A DNA stretch of 64,000 bases from Bacteroidales bacterium (lineage in GTDB: Bacteria; Bacteroidota; Bacteroidia; Bacteroidales; UBA12077). Below the pieces are notes generated by a model. The model saw nothing but the letters and a program-made list of their open reading frames with translations. It made no database searches and was not told the DNA's origin. The stretch is taken from the NCBI GenBank assembly GCA_028282585.1, contig JANQHR010000011.1:8595-72594 (forward strand), given 5' to 3'. The translations under genes were made by a program, and so were the position numbers. Below, one piece after another: positions 31,048 to 41,592 of this stretch (its first letter is position 1; each line of letters begins with the position of its first letter).

Positions 31048-31653
31048 TTATTTATCCAGTTGTTGCCTTACTATTTTTGCAACATATTTACCGATAATAT
31101 CAAATTCAAGATTTACCACAGTACCCACCTCAAATTGGTGAAAGTTAGTAATATCATAAGTAAATGGAATAATAGCAACTTCAAAAGACTTGTCTTTAGA
31201 GTTAACAACCGTTAAGCTAACTCCATTTACAGAAACTGAACCTTTTTCAACTGTAATATAATCTTCTTGCGAAGGGTCATATTCAAACGTAAAGTACCAG
31301 CTACCATCCGCTTCGCGAACGTTTGTGCAAGTTGCTGTTTGATCAACATGTCCTTGAACCAGGTGCCCATCCAATAAACTATCAATCTTCATGCTTCTTT
31401 CAAGGTTTACTTTGTCATCAATCTTAAGTAATCCAAGATTCGATTTATCTAAAGTTTCTTGTATAGCAGTTACAGTAAATGTTTTATTTTCCTTATCCAC
31501 TTTTACAACCGTTAAACAAACTCCATTGTGAGCAACACTTTGATCGATTTTTAATTCTTCTGCAAAAGAACATTGCATGGTAATATGCAAGTTTCCCTGA
31601 TCTTTTTCAAGATTCACAACTTTTGCAGCTTCTTCAACTATTCCTGAAAACAT
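31048..31653 (-). CDS. ribE: Riboflavin synthase
   Basis: MFSGIVE, SVAHNGVCLTV, VNLERS, GHLVQGHVD, GVSLTV. Confidence 0.96.
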   Translation of the reverse strand: MFSGIVEEAAKVVNLEKDQGNLHITMQCSFAEELKIDQSVAHNGVCLTVVKVDKENKTFTVTAIQETLDKSNLGLLKIDDKVNLERSMKIDSLLDGHLVQGHVDQTATCTNVREADGSWYFTFEYDPSQEDYITVEKGSVSVNGVSLTVVNSKDKSFEVAIIPFTYDITNFHQFEVGTVVNLEFDIIGKYVAKIVRQQLDK

Positions 31654-31750
31654 AGTAATAAAAATTTAAAGTTAAAATCTTTGCGAAGTTAGGAAGTTTT
31701 GTAATATTCGACAAGTTAAATTATGGTTAACAAAATATTGAGAGAAAATA

Positions 31751-33100
31751 CTAACTCGGCATCGGAAGTTTTAAACTAAAAGTTGACCCAATGTTTACCT
31801 CCGATTTAGCATGAAGGTCTCCGTTATGTTTCCTTAATATTTGTCTTGATATACTTAATCCAATCCCGGAGCCTTCCTTTTTGGTAGTGAAAAAAGGAAT
31901 AAAAATTTCTGGTAAAACTTCTTTTGATATACCTCCCCCGTTATCGCAAATGGAGATATTTATGTAATCTCCTTTTAAAGAAGTTTTAAGTTTAATAATT
32001 CCGTTACTTGAATTAATAGCTTCAACAGAGTTTTTAACTAAGTTAATTATAACTTGTGTAATTTGCTCTTTATCTATTGAAATAAAAAATACTATATCTG
32101 ATCTTATATAAGTTAATTGAATATTTTTATTTGTACAAAGTTCTTTCAATAATGGAATTATTTCATCCAGAAACTGGTTCAATTCAATTTGTTCCAACTG
32201 CGGTTCAGGAATCCTCATCATTTTTTTGAAGTTTACAACAAAAGAATTTAATCCTTGACTTCGATTATCAATGCTTTTAAGTCCGGTAACTGCAATATTA
32301 ATGTCTTCATTATTTAGTTGGGTTATTGTCTTTGTTTTTTCGTTATTAGTAAAAAGCTTTAAAACTGAAACGGTTAAAGAACGAATAGGGCCTATAGAGT
32401 TCATTATTTCATGAGTAAGAACCCGAAATATTTTTTGCCATGTCTTTTCTTCTTCTAAATCAAGTTCTGTCCGTATGTTTTCAAAGGAAATAATTTGAAC
32501 CAATCGCTGATTTATAATAATTTCCTTTAGCCTAAATAAAACACTTTTATAACCACTTTTTGTGTTTAGATTAATAACTTTTTTCTTTGATTTATTTAAT
32601 TCTTGTAGCTCTTTCGAAAGATTATCTTTAAGGGTATCTAATTGTTGTATGTCTGAAACTGATTGGATTTCAAGGATATCTAAACCGGCGCGATTTATTA
32701 TTTCTACCTTTCCTTGTTTATCTGTTGTAATAATTCCCGACGGCATTTGATCCAGAATCTGTCTTAAATATTGATGAGTACTTTCCTTTTCCAACTCAGC
32801 CAAGCGAACATACCTAATTATTTCATTAAAGTTGACATTAAGTTCCTTAAATGATTTGGCAGAACTAGAATTAGCAATATAATCGCTATAGCGTAAATTC
32901 TCCAAAAATTGCTTAAGGCTTCTATTAGTTTTATTAACATACCTTATCAATAAAAGAATCAATAAAATCCATAAAATACTTATGGTTAATTTGGCGACTT
33001 TATAATCATTGTTGCTCCATGCAATGACAAGGGCAATACTTGTAATTGCAATCAATATACAGATTAAAGCAACAATTATGTTAAATCGGTTAAAACCCAT
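31751..33100 (-). CDS. NtrY-like sensor histidine kinase
   Basis: Two TM helices, PAS-like segment, LTHEIMNS, DNGGGI, FFTTKKEGSGIGL. Confidence 0.92.
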   Translation of the reverse strand: MGFNRFNIIVALICILIAITSIALVIAWSNNDYKVAKLTISILWILLILLLIRYVNKTNRSLKQFLENLRYSDYIANSSSAKSFKELNVNFNEIIRYVRLAELEKESTHQYLRQILDQMPSGIITTDKQGKVEIINRAGLDILEIQSVSDIQQLDTLKDNLSKELQELNKSKKKVINLNTKSGYKSVLFRLKEIIINQRLVQIISFENIRTELDLEEEKTWQKIFRVLTHEIMNSIGPIRSLTVSVLKLFTNNEKTKTITQLNNEDINIAVTGLKSIDNRSQGLNSFVVNFKKMMRIPEPQLEQIELNQFLDEIIPLLKELCTNKNIQLTYIRSDIVFFISIDKEQITQVIINLVKNSVEAINSSNGIIKLKTSLKGDYINISICDNGGGISKEVLPEIFIPFFTTKKEGSGIGLSISRQILRKHNGDLHAKSEVNIGSTFSLKLPMPS

Positions 33101-34457
33101 ATTTCTTCATTTTATTATAAAGTGTACGTCTCGTGATACCTAACTCTTTTGCAGCTTCAGTATAATTATTATTGTGCTTTTGCAGAGCAATTTTTATTAT
33201 TCTAACTTCATTATTTTCAAGATCCAGAGTGTCAAAAGTACTTTTAGAGGAAATCTTTCGAAAATTAAAATCGGTTTCCGTAAGATAACCGGAATCATTT
33301 AAAATAACTGCCTTTTCAAATGAGTGTTTTAACTCACGAATATTTCCGGGCCAATGATATTTTTGTAAAAACTGGATACCTTTTTCAGAAATACCTTTGA
33401 TGGATTTTTGATATTTATTACAAAATATATTTAAGAAATGAAGGGCAAGACCATGTATATCTTCCAACCTTTTTCGCAAGGGCGGTATTTCGATCGTAAC
33501 CGTATTGATTCGGTACAATAAATCTTCACGAAATTGTTTTTTTTCGGTTACTTCATATAAATTCTGGTTAGTTGCGGAAATTAATCGTACATCAATATCA
33601 ATTTGTTTTGAGGATCCAACAGGAGTGATTTTTTTACTTTGAATTGTGGTTAAAAGTTTTTTTTGCGAGTCAAGATTCAAATTGCCAATTTCATCTAAAA
33701 ATAAAGTCCCGCCAGAAGCAGGTTCCAGTTTACCAGTTTTCGACTCCTTTGCATCGGTAAATGCACCCTTTTCATAGCCGAACAATTCACTTTCAAACAA
33801 TGATTCTGGGATAGTTCCTAAATCAATACTGACGAACATTTTTTCATTTCTATAGGAAAGTGCATGTACATGTCTTGCAATAACTTCTTTCCCCGTTCCA
33901 TTTTCTCCTAATATTAAGATGTTGGCATCAGTTTTAGATACTTTTTCGATTACGGACATTATTTCCAACATTCTGGGAGATGAGCTATGATATATATTTT
34001 GATCTTCTTCTATTTCAGAACGTAGTTTTTTATTTACTTTTTTTAATGATTTTATTTCTCGTTTAGAGTTGGCTATTTCTGATGCTCGAATAACTGAAGT
34101 TATAAGTTTATTGTCATCCCAAGGTTTTTCTATATAATCCACTGCTCCATTCTGAATTGCCTGAACGGCTTTTTCTATTTCCGCAAAGGCGGTTAAAAAA
34201 ATAATTGATATATCCTGATCGATTTTTAATATTTCTTTCATCCAAAAAAAGCCTTCATTGCCGGTATTTAAACCAGCAACAAAGTTCATGTCAAGAATAA
34301 TAACATCATACATCGAGTTGCTTAATGTTGAATATAATTGTCCAGGATCAGTCATAGAGTCTAAAACACTACAACTATTTCTGAGAAGCAACTGAAGCGC
34401 AACGATAACATCAGTATTATCTTCAACAATGAGAACTCTTGGAGCAGTTTTCTTCAT
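33090..34457 (-). CDS. Sigma-54-dependent response regulator (REC-AAA+-Fis HTH)
   Basis: ILDMNF, GENGTGKE, ESELFG..GAFTDA, LFLDEIG, WPGNIREL, LGITRRTLY; start ATG 34457. Confidence 0.95.
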   Translation of the reverse strand: MKKTAPRVLIVEDNTDVIVALQLLLRNSCSVLDSMTDPGQLYSTLSNSMYDVIILDMNFVAGLNTGNEGFFWMKEILKIDQDISIIFLTAFAEIEKAVQAIQNGAVDYIEKPWDDNKLITSVIRASEIANSKREIKSLKKVNKKLRSEIEEDQNIYHSSSPRMLEIMSVIEKVSKTDANILILGENGTGKEVIARHVHALSYRNEKMFVSIDLGTIPESLFESELFGYEKGAFTDAKESKTGKLEPASGGTLFLDEIGNLNLDSQKKLLTTIQSKKITPVGSSKQIDIDVRLISATNQNLYEVTEKKQFREDLLYRINTVTIEIPPLRKRLEDIHGLALHFLNIFCNKYQKSIKGISEKGIQFLQKYHWPGNIRELKHSFEKAVILNDSGYLTETDFNFRKISSKSTFDTLDLENNEVRIIKIALQKHNNNYTEAAKELGITRRTLYNKMKKYGF

Positions 34458-34486
34458 AGTTATAAATTTAAATAAATGTATAAAAA

Positions 34487-34525
34487 TGGGAATTATTTTC
34501 CCAACAGGTGGGAAAAAATTTCCCA
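34487..34525. promoter_or_regulatory. Tandem palindromic enhancer (UAS) sites
   Basis: TGGGAATTATTTTCCCA (34487-34503) and TGGGAAAAAATTTCCCA (34509-34525), 22-bp period. Confidence 0.75.
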
Positions 34526-34578
34526 AGTAATTAACGTGCTAAAAAAATAAGATTCATAAAATCAGTATAGTATGATTT

Positions 34579-34593
34579 TGGCATTCAAATTGG
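34579..34593 (+). promoter_or_regulatory. Sigma-54 (-24/-12) promoter
   Basis: TGGCA-TTCAAA-TTGG, matching TGGCA-N6-TTGC spacing, upstream of the permease. Confidence 0.72.
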
Positions 34594-34627
34594 CATAAAC
34601 AAACATGAATAATTAAATTTGAGTATT

Positions 34628-37000
34628 ATGTTTAAGAGTTTTTTATTATTAGCAATTAGAAATTTTTTTAAAAACACTTCTTATTCTATAATTAATATTT
34701 TTGGTTTATCAACAGGACTTGCTGCCTTTATATTGACCACATTATTTGTTAAGTTCGAAACAAGCTATGATTCTTTTCATAAAGATCATGATAGGATTTA
34801 TAGGGTAGAACAAAGGGTAAGTTTAGCAAATGACGTTGATACATGGAACCAGATACCTGCGTCTGTAAGTACGGTATTAGAAAATAATTATCCAGAAATA
34901 GAGGAAGCAATAACTGTTAGAGAAATATGGGGAGAATATCTTTCTACATCGAAAGAAAGAACTTTTATGGAACCAAATGGATTTTACGCTAATCCTGACG
35001 TGTTCGATTTATTCGCCTTTGAATTTATAGCTGGTAATAAGGAGACTGCATTGGATGCTCCCATGAAAATAGTATTAACGGAATCAGTTGCTAAAAAACT
35101 TTTTCCAGATTCGGATCCTATGGGCAAAAGCATATTTGTTGATAGCAAAAGAGCCTACGAAGTCTCTGCTATAATTGAAGATTACCCTTTTAATACAAAT
35201 ACGAAATTGACTTATTTGATTCCTTTTAGTACATATAAAAATGTTTACAACAGAGATTTTTTTGAAGAATGGGATTGGCACGATACTCGGGTATTTTTAA
35301 AGCTTAAAGAAAACGTTGATTATAAGCAGTTCGAAAGTAAAATCAAGTATTTATTGGATGATTTTTTAGAAGATAGAACAGATGAATTGTATCTAAACCC
35401 AATTTGGAAAGTGCGATTAAGACAAGGAGATGACGATGGGTATTGGGTTGCAGTAATTTTGTACGGAGCAGTTGGTTTTTTTACGCTTATACTGGCTGCA
35501 ATGAACTTTATTAATCTTACAACAGCTTATTCGCTCACTCGAGCCAAGGAGATTGGCGTAAAAAAAATAGTTGGTAGTTCACGTTTTATTTTAATGAAAC
35601 AGTTTCTGGGCGAATCGTTGGTTATAGTTTTTATTTCATTACTTGTTGCATTAACCATTGCAGAAGCCTCTTTACCTTTATTTAATAGAATTGTTTCGGT
35701 ACCAATGGATATGAGGTATATTGAAGATTGGCAATTTACATTAATAATTATTGGAACTACTGCTTTAACAGGAATTTTGTCTGGATTGTATCCTGCATTA
35801 ATTCTGTCTTCATTAAACCCATTACATATAATAAAAAATCAGCTATTTAAAGCTGATAAATTTAAAAAGTTTTCAATGAGAAAAGGGTTAGTAGTATTTC
35901 AGTTGGTTTTATCTGTGCTTTTTGTGATAACTACTTTAGGTGTTTTAAGTCAATTTAATTACCTAAAAAATAAAGATTTAGGTTTTGATAAACATGATTT
36001 ATTTGTAAGTAAGATAAAAGAAACTAAAAAAGTTAAAATAAACGAATTTGCGATTTTAAGAGAAGACTTGTTGAAGATTCCGGGAGTAATAGATGCTTCG
36101 GTTTCATACAACTCTCCTTTTAACGGTTCTTGGGGTAGAGTAGTAAATTGGGAAGGTAGTCAAGTTGGTGAAAATATGAATTGCAGGTTTAATAGAGCAT
36201 ATGCGACTTTCTTAAACACTATGAAAATAGATTTAATAGCTGGAAGGCATTTTGACCCAAACAGAGCAGCAGATTCCGCAGCTTGTATTGTTAATGAAAC
36301 TTTTGTAAAAGTAATTGGTTGGAGTCCAGAGGACGCAATTGGTAAGTTGGTTTGGGATAGAGATTATCAGATAATTGGAGTTATGAAGGATTTTCATGAA
36401 CAATCTCCTTTCGCAAAAATAAATCCATATATATTAATTCATCATCCTGGATATTTAACAGGATGGAAAAACATATTGATACGTGTAAATGATGAATCTA
36501 ATGCCGAATTAAAAGGTAGAATAAAGTTAAAATTAGAAGACTATTTTCCAGAGAGTAATTTCGAAGTGGTCCCCTTTAATTTGACTTTAGATAATAATGA
36601 TACCAATAGAATTTATTCGGGTATGGCTAAAACTTTTGGATTCTTCTCCGTAATATCAATTATTATAGCAGTTATTGGATTATTTGCTTTGGTTTCATTT
36701 AGTAGTAAAAGAAAGGTTAAAGAAATAGGAATTCGAAAAGTTCTTGGTGCTAAGGCTAGTCAACTTTTTATAAAATTAGCCAAAGAGTATTTTAAGCTTA
36801 TAATAATAGCAAATTTAATTGCTATTCCATTTGGTATTTTTATGGGAGGGGCTGATCCTTCCTATTACAAACCTGAACCAAGTTATTCAATGTTTATTTG
36901 GGTATCATTATCTTCAATTATTGTTACTATTGGTACTATAAGCATACAAATAATTAAGGCATCAAGAGCAAATCCGATAGAAAGTTTACGGTACGAATAG
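34628..37000 (+). CDS. MacB/FtsX-family ABC transporter permease
   Basis: INIFGLSTG, NFINLTTA..RAKEIGVKK..G, LVVFQ, KEIGIRKVLGA, ANPIESLRYE. Confidence 0.93.
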   Translation: MFKSFLLLAIRNFFKNTSYSIINIFGLSTGLAAFILTTLFVKFETSYDSFHKDHDRIYRVEQRVSLANDVDTWNQIPASVSTVLENNYPEIEEAITVREIWGEYLSTSKERTFMEPNGFYANPDVFDLFAFEFIAGNKETALDAPMKIVLTESVAKKLFPDSDPMGKSIFVDSKRAYEVSAIIEDYPFNTNTKLTYLIPFSTYKNVYNRDFFEEWDWHDTRVFLKLKENVDYKQFESKIKYLLDDFLEDRTDELYLNPIWKVRLRQGDDDGYWVAVILYGAVGFFTLILAAMNFINLTTAYSLTRAKEIGVKKIVGSSRFILMKQFLGESLVIVFISLLVALTIAEASLPLFNRIVSVPMDMRYIEDWQFTLIIIGTTALTGILSGLYPALILSSLNPLHIIKNQLFKADKFKKFSMRKGLVVFQLVLSVLFVITTLGVLSQFNYLKNKDLGFDKHDLFVSKIKETKKVKINEFAILREDLLKIPGVIDASVSYNSPFNGSWGRVVNWEGSQVGENMNCRFNRAYATFLNTMKIDLIAGRHFDPNRAADSAACIVNETFVKVIGWSPEDAIGKLVWDRDYQIIGVMKDFHEQSPFAKINPYILIHHPGYLTGWKNILIRVNDESNAELKGRIKLKLEDYFPESNFEVVPFNLTLDNNDTNRIYSGMAKTFGFFSVISIIIAVIGLFALVSFSSKRKVKEIGIRKVLGAKASQLFIKLAKEYFKLIIIANLIAIPFGIFMGGADPSYYKPEPSYSMFIWVSLSSIIVTIGTISIQIIKASRANPIESLRYE

Positions 37001-37017
37001 CACTATCATAATAATAG

Positions 37018-37047
37018 AAAAAATCCGAAGCATGCTTCGGATTTTTT
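37018..37047 (+). terminator. Intrinsic terminator
   Basis: AAAAAATCCGAAGC-AT-GCTTCGGATTTTTT. Confidence 0.88.
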
Positions 37048-37156
37048 ATTGGTATAAAAGAATATTATAACTTTTAAATAATTGCAAAAAATAATACTCT
37101 TAATAAATATATTAGCTTTGTTAAACTAATTAAACTAAAAACTGTTTTAAGAATCT

Positions 37157-37603
37157 ATGAGCAATATTGATAAAAGGATAATCGAATTTATAAATAAACA
37201 CCATGTACTAACCTTAGCAACATCTAAAAATAATATACCGTATAGTGCTAATTGTTTCTACGTATATTACGAAGAAAAAAATATGCTTGTTTTTACTACC
37301 GATCACACAACTAAACATGCTCAAGATGCTGTTCAGCAGAATATTGTGGCAGGCTCAATAGTATTAGAAACAAACGTGGTAGGTAAAATTCAAGGGATTC
37401 AGTTTCAAGGAAGGATGTACGAACCAAAAGAGGATTTATTAAAACAAGTTAGAACAAAATACTTAAAAAGATTTCCGGTGGCTATGCTAATGAAAACTCA
37501 TTTATGGGTTGTTGAGTTAAGTTTTCTTAAATTTACAGATAATCGATTGGGTTTTGGAAAGAAATTAATCTGGGGTAAAGAGGAATCAGAAAAAATATCT
37601 TAA
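37157..37603 (+). CDS. Pyridoxamine 5'-phosphate oxidase-like (YhbP family) protein
   Basis: HHVLTLAT, ANCFY, VGKIQGIQFQG, KFTDNRLGFGKKL. Confidence 0.88.
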   Translation: MSNIDKRIIEFINKHHVLTLATSKNNIPYSANCFYVYYEEKNMLVFTTDHTTKHAQDAVQQNIVAGSIVLETNVVGKIQGIQFQGRMYEPKEDLLKQVRTKYLKRFPVAMLMKTHLWVVELSFLKFTDNRLGFGKKLIWGKEESEKIS

Positions 37604-37604
37604 C

Positions 37605-38621
37605 ATGATTTTAGTAACAGGAGGTACAGGATTAGTTGGTTCACATTTACTGTTAGAACTTGTAAAACAGAGTAAACGTATACGGGCTATAGTTCGAAAT
37701 AAAAGCAAGATAGAATTAGTAAAAAGGGTTTTTTCATATTATACTGATAAGCCAGAAGAGTTTATGAGTAATATAGAATGGATCGAAAGTGATATGTTAG
37801 ATTTAGTATCATTAGATAAAGCTTTTTTTAATGTTAAGCAGGTTTATCATTGTGCAGCTATCGTTTCAATTGGCGGGAAGAGTAGAAAAGACTTAATAAA
37901 TGCAAATGTAATAGGTACCGAAAATATTGTAAATATGTGTTTGACGCATCAGGTAGAAAAGTTGTGCCATGTAAGTTCAATTGCTTCTTTGGGTAATTCG
38001 TTAAACGGTGAACTTATTGATGAAAACACAGCCTGGACAGTTTCAAAAAATCATTCAGCATATTCAATTAGTAAGTTTAAATCGGAAATGGAAGTTTGGA
38101 GGGGTATTCAGGAAGGTTTAAATGCGGTTATAGTTAATCCGTCCGTAATTATTGGCCCAGGATTTTGGTATTCAGGTAGCAGTTCATTATTTACTAAAGT
38201 TGCAAAAGGAATGAAATATTATACATCGGGTTCAACTGGATTTGTTGATGTACGCGATGTGTCAGATTCAATGATTAAGTTAATGGAGAGTGATATACAA
38301 AATGAAAGATTTATTATTAGTTCTGAGAATTTAAACTACAAAGAACTATTTGAAAATATTTCGAGGGTTATTGGTGTTAAATCACCCAGGAAGGAAGCAT
38401 CAGAGAGGTTATTACGAATTGCAGTTATTTTCGACTCAATAGCAAGCATATTAAGAATAAAGAAAAAAGAAATTACGAAAAGTGTAGTTCGCGCAAGTTT
38501 ATCAAAGTCAAATTATTCAAATAATAAGATTAAAGAAGCAATTGAAAAAACGTTTATCTCAATTAATGATAGCATCGCAGATACAGCTGATAAATTTAAA
38601 AAAGAATTAACAATTAGCTAA
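37605..38621 (+). CDS. NAD-dependent epimerase/dehydratase
   Basis: ILVTGGTGLVGSH, HVSS, YSISK. Confidence 0.9.
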   Translation: MILVTGGTGLVGSHLLLELVKQSKRIRAIVRNKSKIELVKRVFSYYTDKPEEFMSNIEWIESDMLDLVSLDKAFFNVKQVYHCAAIVSIGGKSRKDLINANVIGTENIVNMCLTHQVEKLCHVSSIASLGNSLNGELIDENTAWTVSKNHSAYSISKFKSEMEVWRGIQEGLNAVIVNPSVIIGPGFWYSGSSSLFTKVAKGMKYYTSGSTGFVDVRDVSDSMIKLMESDIQNERFIISSENLNYKELFENISRVIGVKSPRKEASERLLRIAVIFDSIASILRIKKKEITKSVVRASLSKSNYSNNKIKEAIEKTFISINDSIADTADKFKKELTIS

Positions 38622-38666
38622 TTGTGTTGATTTTAAATTAGTTAATATTGCAAGAAAATAGATAAT

Positions 38667-40823
38667 ATGGTAAAAGGAAAGAATAAAAAGAAAAAGAAGG
38701 GAAAGAAAAAAGGAGAAGAATTAAACAAGCAAATACTTATAAATTTAATTATTGGGTTCTTTACTAGTAATCCAAATAAAATATACAATTACAAACAAAT
38801 AGCTAAGCAGTTTGATATTAAAGATGTTGCGACTCGCGGCTTAATTACAGCTATTTTATATGAATTACGAGATAATGGAACCTTGGTGGAAACCGCCCGA
38901 GGTAAGTTCAAATTAATTCAGCAGGGAGGATACATTACCGGGAAAGTTCAATTAACAATGCGAGGAGCAGGTTTTATAATTTCAGAAGAATCTGATGAAG
39001 ATATTTTTGTAACGCAGTCTAACCTTAACCATGCATTAAATGGCGATACAGTAAAGGTATTTTTATATGCTAAGAAGAGGGGAAAGCAGCCCGAAGGCGA
39101 GGTAGTTGAAATAGTAGAACGAGCAAATCAAAACATTGTTGGAATTGTTGAAGTATCAAAGAGTTTTGCTTTTATGACAGCGAATAGTAAGCAAATGCCA
39201 TATGATGTTTTTATTCCATTACCTAAATTAAATGGAGCAAAAAATGGCGATAAAATTGCTGTAAAAATCACTGATTGGCCGGAAAAATACCGAAATCCGT
39301 TTGGTGAAGTCGTTGCTGTGTTGGGTAAACCGGGAGAGAATGAAACAGAAATGCATGCTATTTTGGCTGAGTTTGATCTTCCTTACTATTTTGATAAAAA
39401 GGTTGAAGAAGCGGCCAGTAAAATACCTGATGAAATTACAGATATAGATTATAAGGAGAGAAGAGATTTTAGGGATATTAAAACTTTTACAATAGATCCT
39501 GCGGATGCAAAAGATTTTGATGATGCATTATCTATTCAGAGGCTGGGAAATGGAAACTGGCAAATTGGCGTTCATATCGCAGATGTTACTCATTATGTAA
39601 CTCCGGATACAATAGTTGAAAATGAAGCTTTTGAACGGGCAACTTCTGTTTATTTGGTCGATCGGGTTGTACCAATGATTCCTGAGAGACTTTCGAATCA
39701 AATTTGTAGTTTACGGCCTAATGAGGAAAAACTTTGTTACAGTATTGTATTTGAACTGGATAAAAATGCCGATATAATTGATCAATGGATAGGTCGTACA
39801 GTAATCAATTCGAACCGAAGATTTAATTACGAAGAAGCTCAGGAAATTATTGAAGGTGGAGAAGGTGATTTTAAGCAAGAATTGTTGGTTTTGAATGATT
39901 TGGCGCAAAAAATTAGATCGAGAAGATTAAAAAACGGAGCGATATCATTTGAAAGAGTCGAGGTAAAATTTAATATTGATGATGATGGTAAACCGTTAGG
40001 AGTATTTTTCAAAGAGCATAAGGAATCAAATCAGCTAATAGAGGAGTTTATGCTTCTTGCTAATAAAAGAGTGGCTGAGTTTATTGGTGATATAGAAAAA
40101 GGACAGCTTGCAAAAACATTTGTTTACCGAATTCATGATAAGCCTGATCCTGATAAACTTGAAAAGTTTGCTCAGTTTATACAAAGATTTGGTTACAATA
40201 TAAGTACAACAGGTCATAAAAACATAACTACATCGATAAATGATTTACTGGACGAAGTTCAGGGTAAAAAAGAACAGAATGTAATTGAAACTTTAGCTGT
40301 AAGGTCAATGGCAAAAGCGGTTTACTCAACAAAAAATGTTGGGCATTACGGATTATCTTTTCCATTTTATTCTCATTTTACCTCTCCTATTCGTCGTTAT
40401 CCTGATATGATGGTTCATAGACTTTTGACCGAGTATATGAATGGTGGAAAAAGTAAAAACAAAAATAAGTACGAAGAGATGTGCAAACACGCATCCGAAA
40501 TGGAACGTCGCGCTGCTGAAGCTGAAAGGGCATCGATAAAGTATAAGCAAGTGGAGTTTATGAAAGATCACATAGGTGAGGAGTTCGATGGAATTATTTC
40601 AGGTGTAACAGAATGGGGATTTTATGTTGAACTAAACGATAGTAAATGCGAAGGATTAGTTCATATAAGAGAGCTGGATGATGATTATTACTTTTTCGAT
40701 GAAGATAATTATGCGATTATTGGAAAGAGAAATAAAAAAACATATCAATTAGGAGATCCGGTTACGATCCAAATAGTTAGGGCAGATCTGGAAAAGAAGC
40801 AATTGGATTATGCGCTGGCATAA
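38667..40823 (+). CDS. rnr: Ribonuclease R
   Basis: TIDPADAKDFDDA, VHIADV, IEEFML, HFTSPIRRYPD, C-terminal S1 domain. Confidence 0.97.
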   Translation: MVKGKNKKKKKGKKKGEELNKQILINLIIGFFTSNPNKIYNYKQIAKQFDIKDVATRGLITAILYELRDNGTLVETARGKFKLIQQGGYITGKVQLTMRGAGFIISEESDEDIFVTQSNLNHALNGDTVKVFLYAKKRGKQPEGEVVEIVERANQNIVGIVEVSKSFAFMTANSKQMPYDVFIPLPKLNGAKNGDKIAVKITDWPEKYRNPFGEVVAVLGKPGENETEMHAILAEFDLPYYFDKKVEEAASKIPDEITDIDYKERRDFRDIKTFTIDPADAKDFDDALSIQRLGNGNWQIGVHIADVTHYVTPDTIVENEAFERATSVYLVDRVVPMIPERLSNQICSLRPNEEKLCYSIVFELDKNADIIDQWIGRTVINSNRRFNYEEAQEIIEGGEGDFKQELLVLNDLAQKIRSRRLKNGAISFERVEVKFNIDDDGKPLGVFFKEHKESNQLIEEFMLLANKRVAEFIGDIEKGQLAKTFVYRIHDKPDPDKLEKFAQFIQRFGYNISTTGHKNITTSINDLLDEVQGKKEQNVIETLAVRSMAKAVYSTKNVGHYGLSFPFYSHFTSPIRRYPDMMVHRLLTEYMNGGKSKNKNKYEEMCKHASEMERRAAEAERASIKYKQVEFMKDHIGEEFDGIISGVTEWGFYVELNDSKCEGLVHIRELDDDYYFFDEDNYAIIGKRNKKTYQLGDPVTIQIVRADLEKKQLDYALA

Positions 40824-40948
40824 ATTTTCGACTTGTTATTAGCGAATTTAAAAATAAGCCAGGAAGCTATTAGTAAAGTCATACAGAACACAAAATTGAA
40901 TTTTTGAAATAAACAGTCGAAGAATTTTGAGACTGTTTTTTTATTCTA

Positions 40949-40983
40949 TATTTTTGGAATATGAAATAAAAATATTCGAAAAA
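40949..40983 (+). promoter_or_regulatory. Promoter -7 element overlapping a putative TetR operator
   Basis: TATTTTTG at 40949-40956; inverted repeat TTTTTGGAATAT-N9-ATATTCGAAAAA reaching the ATG. Confidence 0.6.
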
Positions 40984-41588
40984 TGATAAAGGAGCATATC
41001 GTAAAGAAACAAAAAGCAATCAAATACAAAATCGTAGGAATAGCATCTGATGTTTTTAGTCGCTTCGGATTTAAAAAAGCAACTATGGAAGACATTGCGA
41101 AGGAAGCAGGAATGGGAAAAAGTTCAATTTATTATTATTTTAAAAGTAAAGAAGAGATTTTCGAAGCAGTTGTAAAAAAGGAGGCGCATGCTTTAAGCCT
41201 TGAACTTGAAAAAAAGGTAATTAATGTAAATGATAGTCCAAAAGATAAGATTAGAAATTATACAATAATTCGGATGAAATATCTTAAGGAAATGGTAAAT
41301 TTCTATGAAACCTTAAAAAATGATTACTTGGGGAATCTTGCATTTACAGAACGTATACGAAGAAAATATGATAAAGAAGAGCAGGAAACCATTAAAAATA
41401 TTTTGCAGGAAGGTGTAAATCAGGGAATTTTCAATATACAGAACGCGAAATTTGCAGCATTAGCATTTGTAACTTTCCTTAAAGGATTGGAAACAACAAT
41501 GATCATTGACGAGGAATGGGATATAAAAAGCTTGGAAAAAAACCTTGATGATATATTACATATTTTATTTTATGGAATGGTAAAATAG
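40983..41588 (+). CDS. TetR family regulator
   Basis: FGFKKATMEDIAKEAGMGKSSIYYYFKSKEEIF. Confidence 0.95.
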   Translation: MIKEHIVKKQKAIKYKIVGIASDVFSRFGFKKATMEDIAKEAGMGKSSIYYYFKSKEEIFEAVVKKEAHALSLELEKKVINVNDSPKDKIRNYTIIRMKYLKEMVNFYETLKNDYLGNLAFTERIRRKYDKEEQETIKNILQEGVNQGIFNIQNAKFAALAFVTFLKGLETTMIIDEEWDIKSLEKNLDDILHILFYGMVK

Positions 41589-41592
41589 CAGA

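Noticed and set aside
40822-40927. Inverted ends AAATTTTCGACT / AGTCGAAGAATTT around ~80 bp after rnr
   Set aside because: Short, gapped and single-copy; cannot distinguish MITE remnant, operator half-sites or chance.
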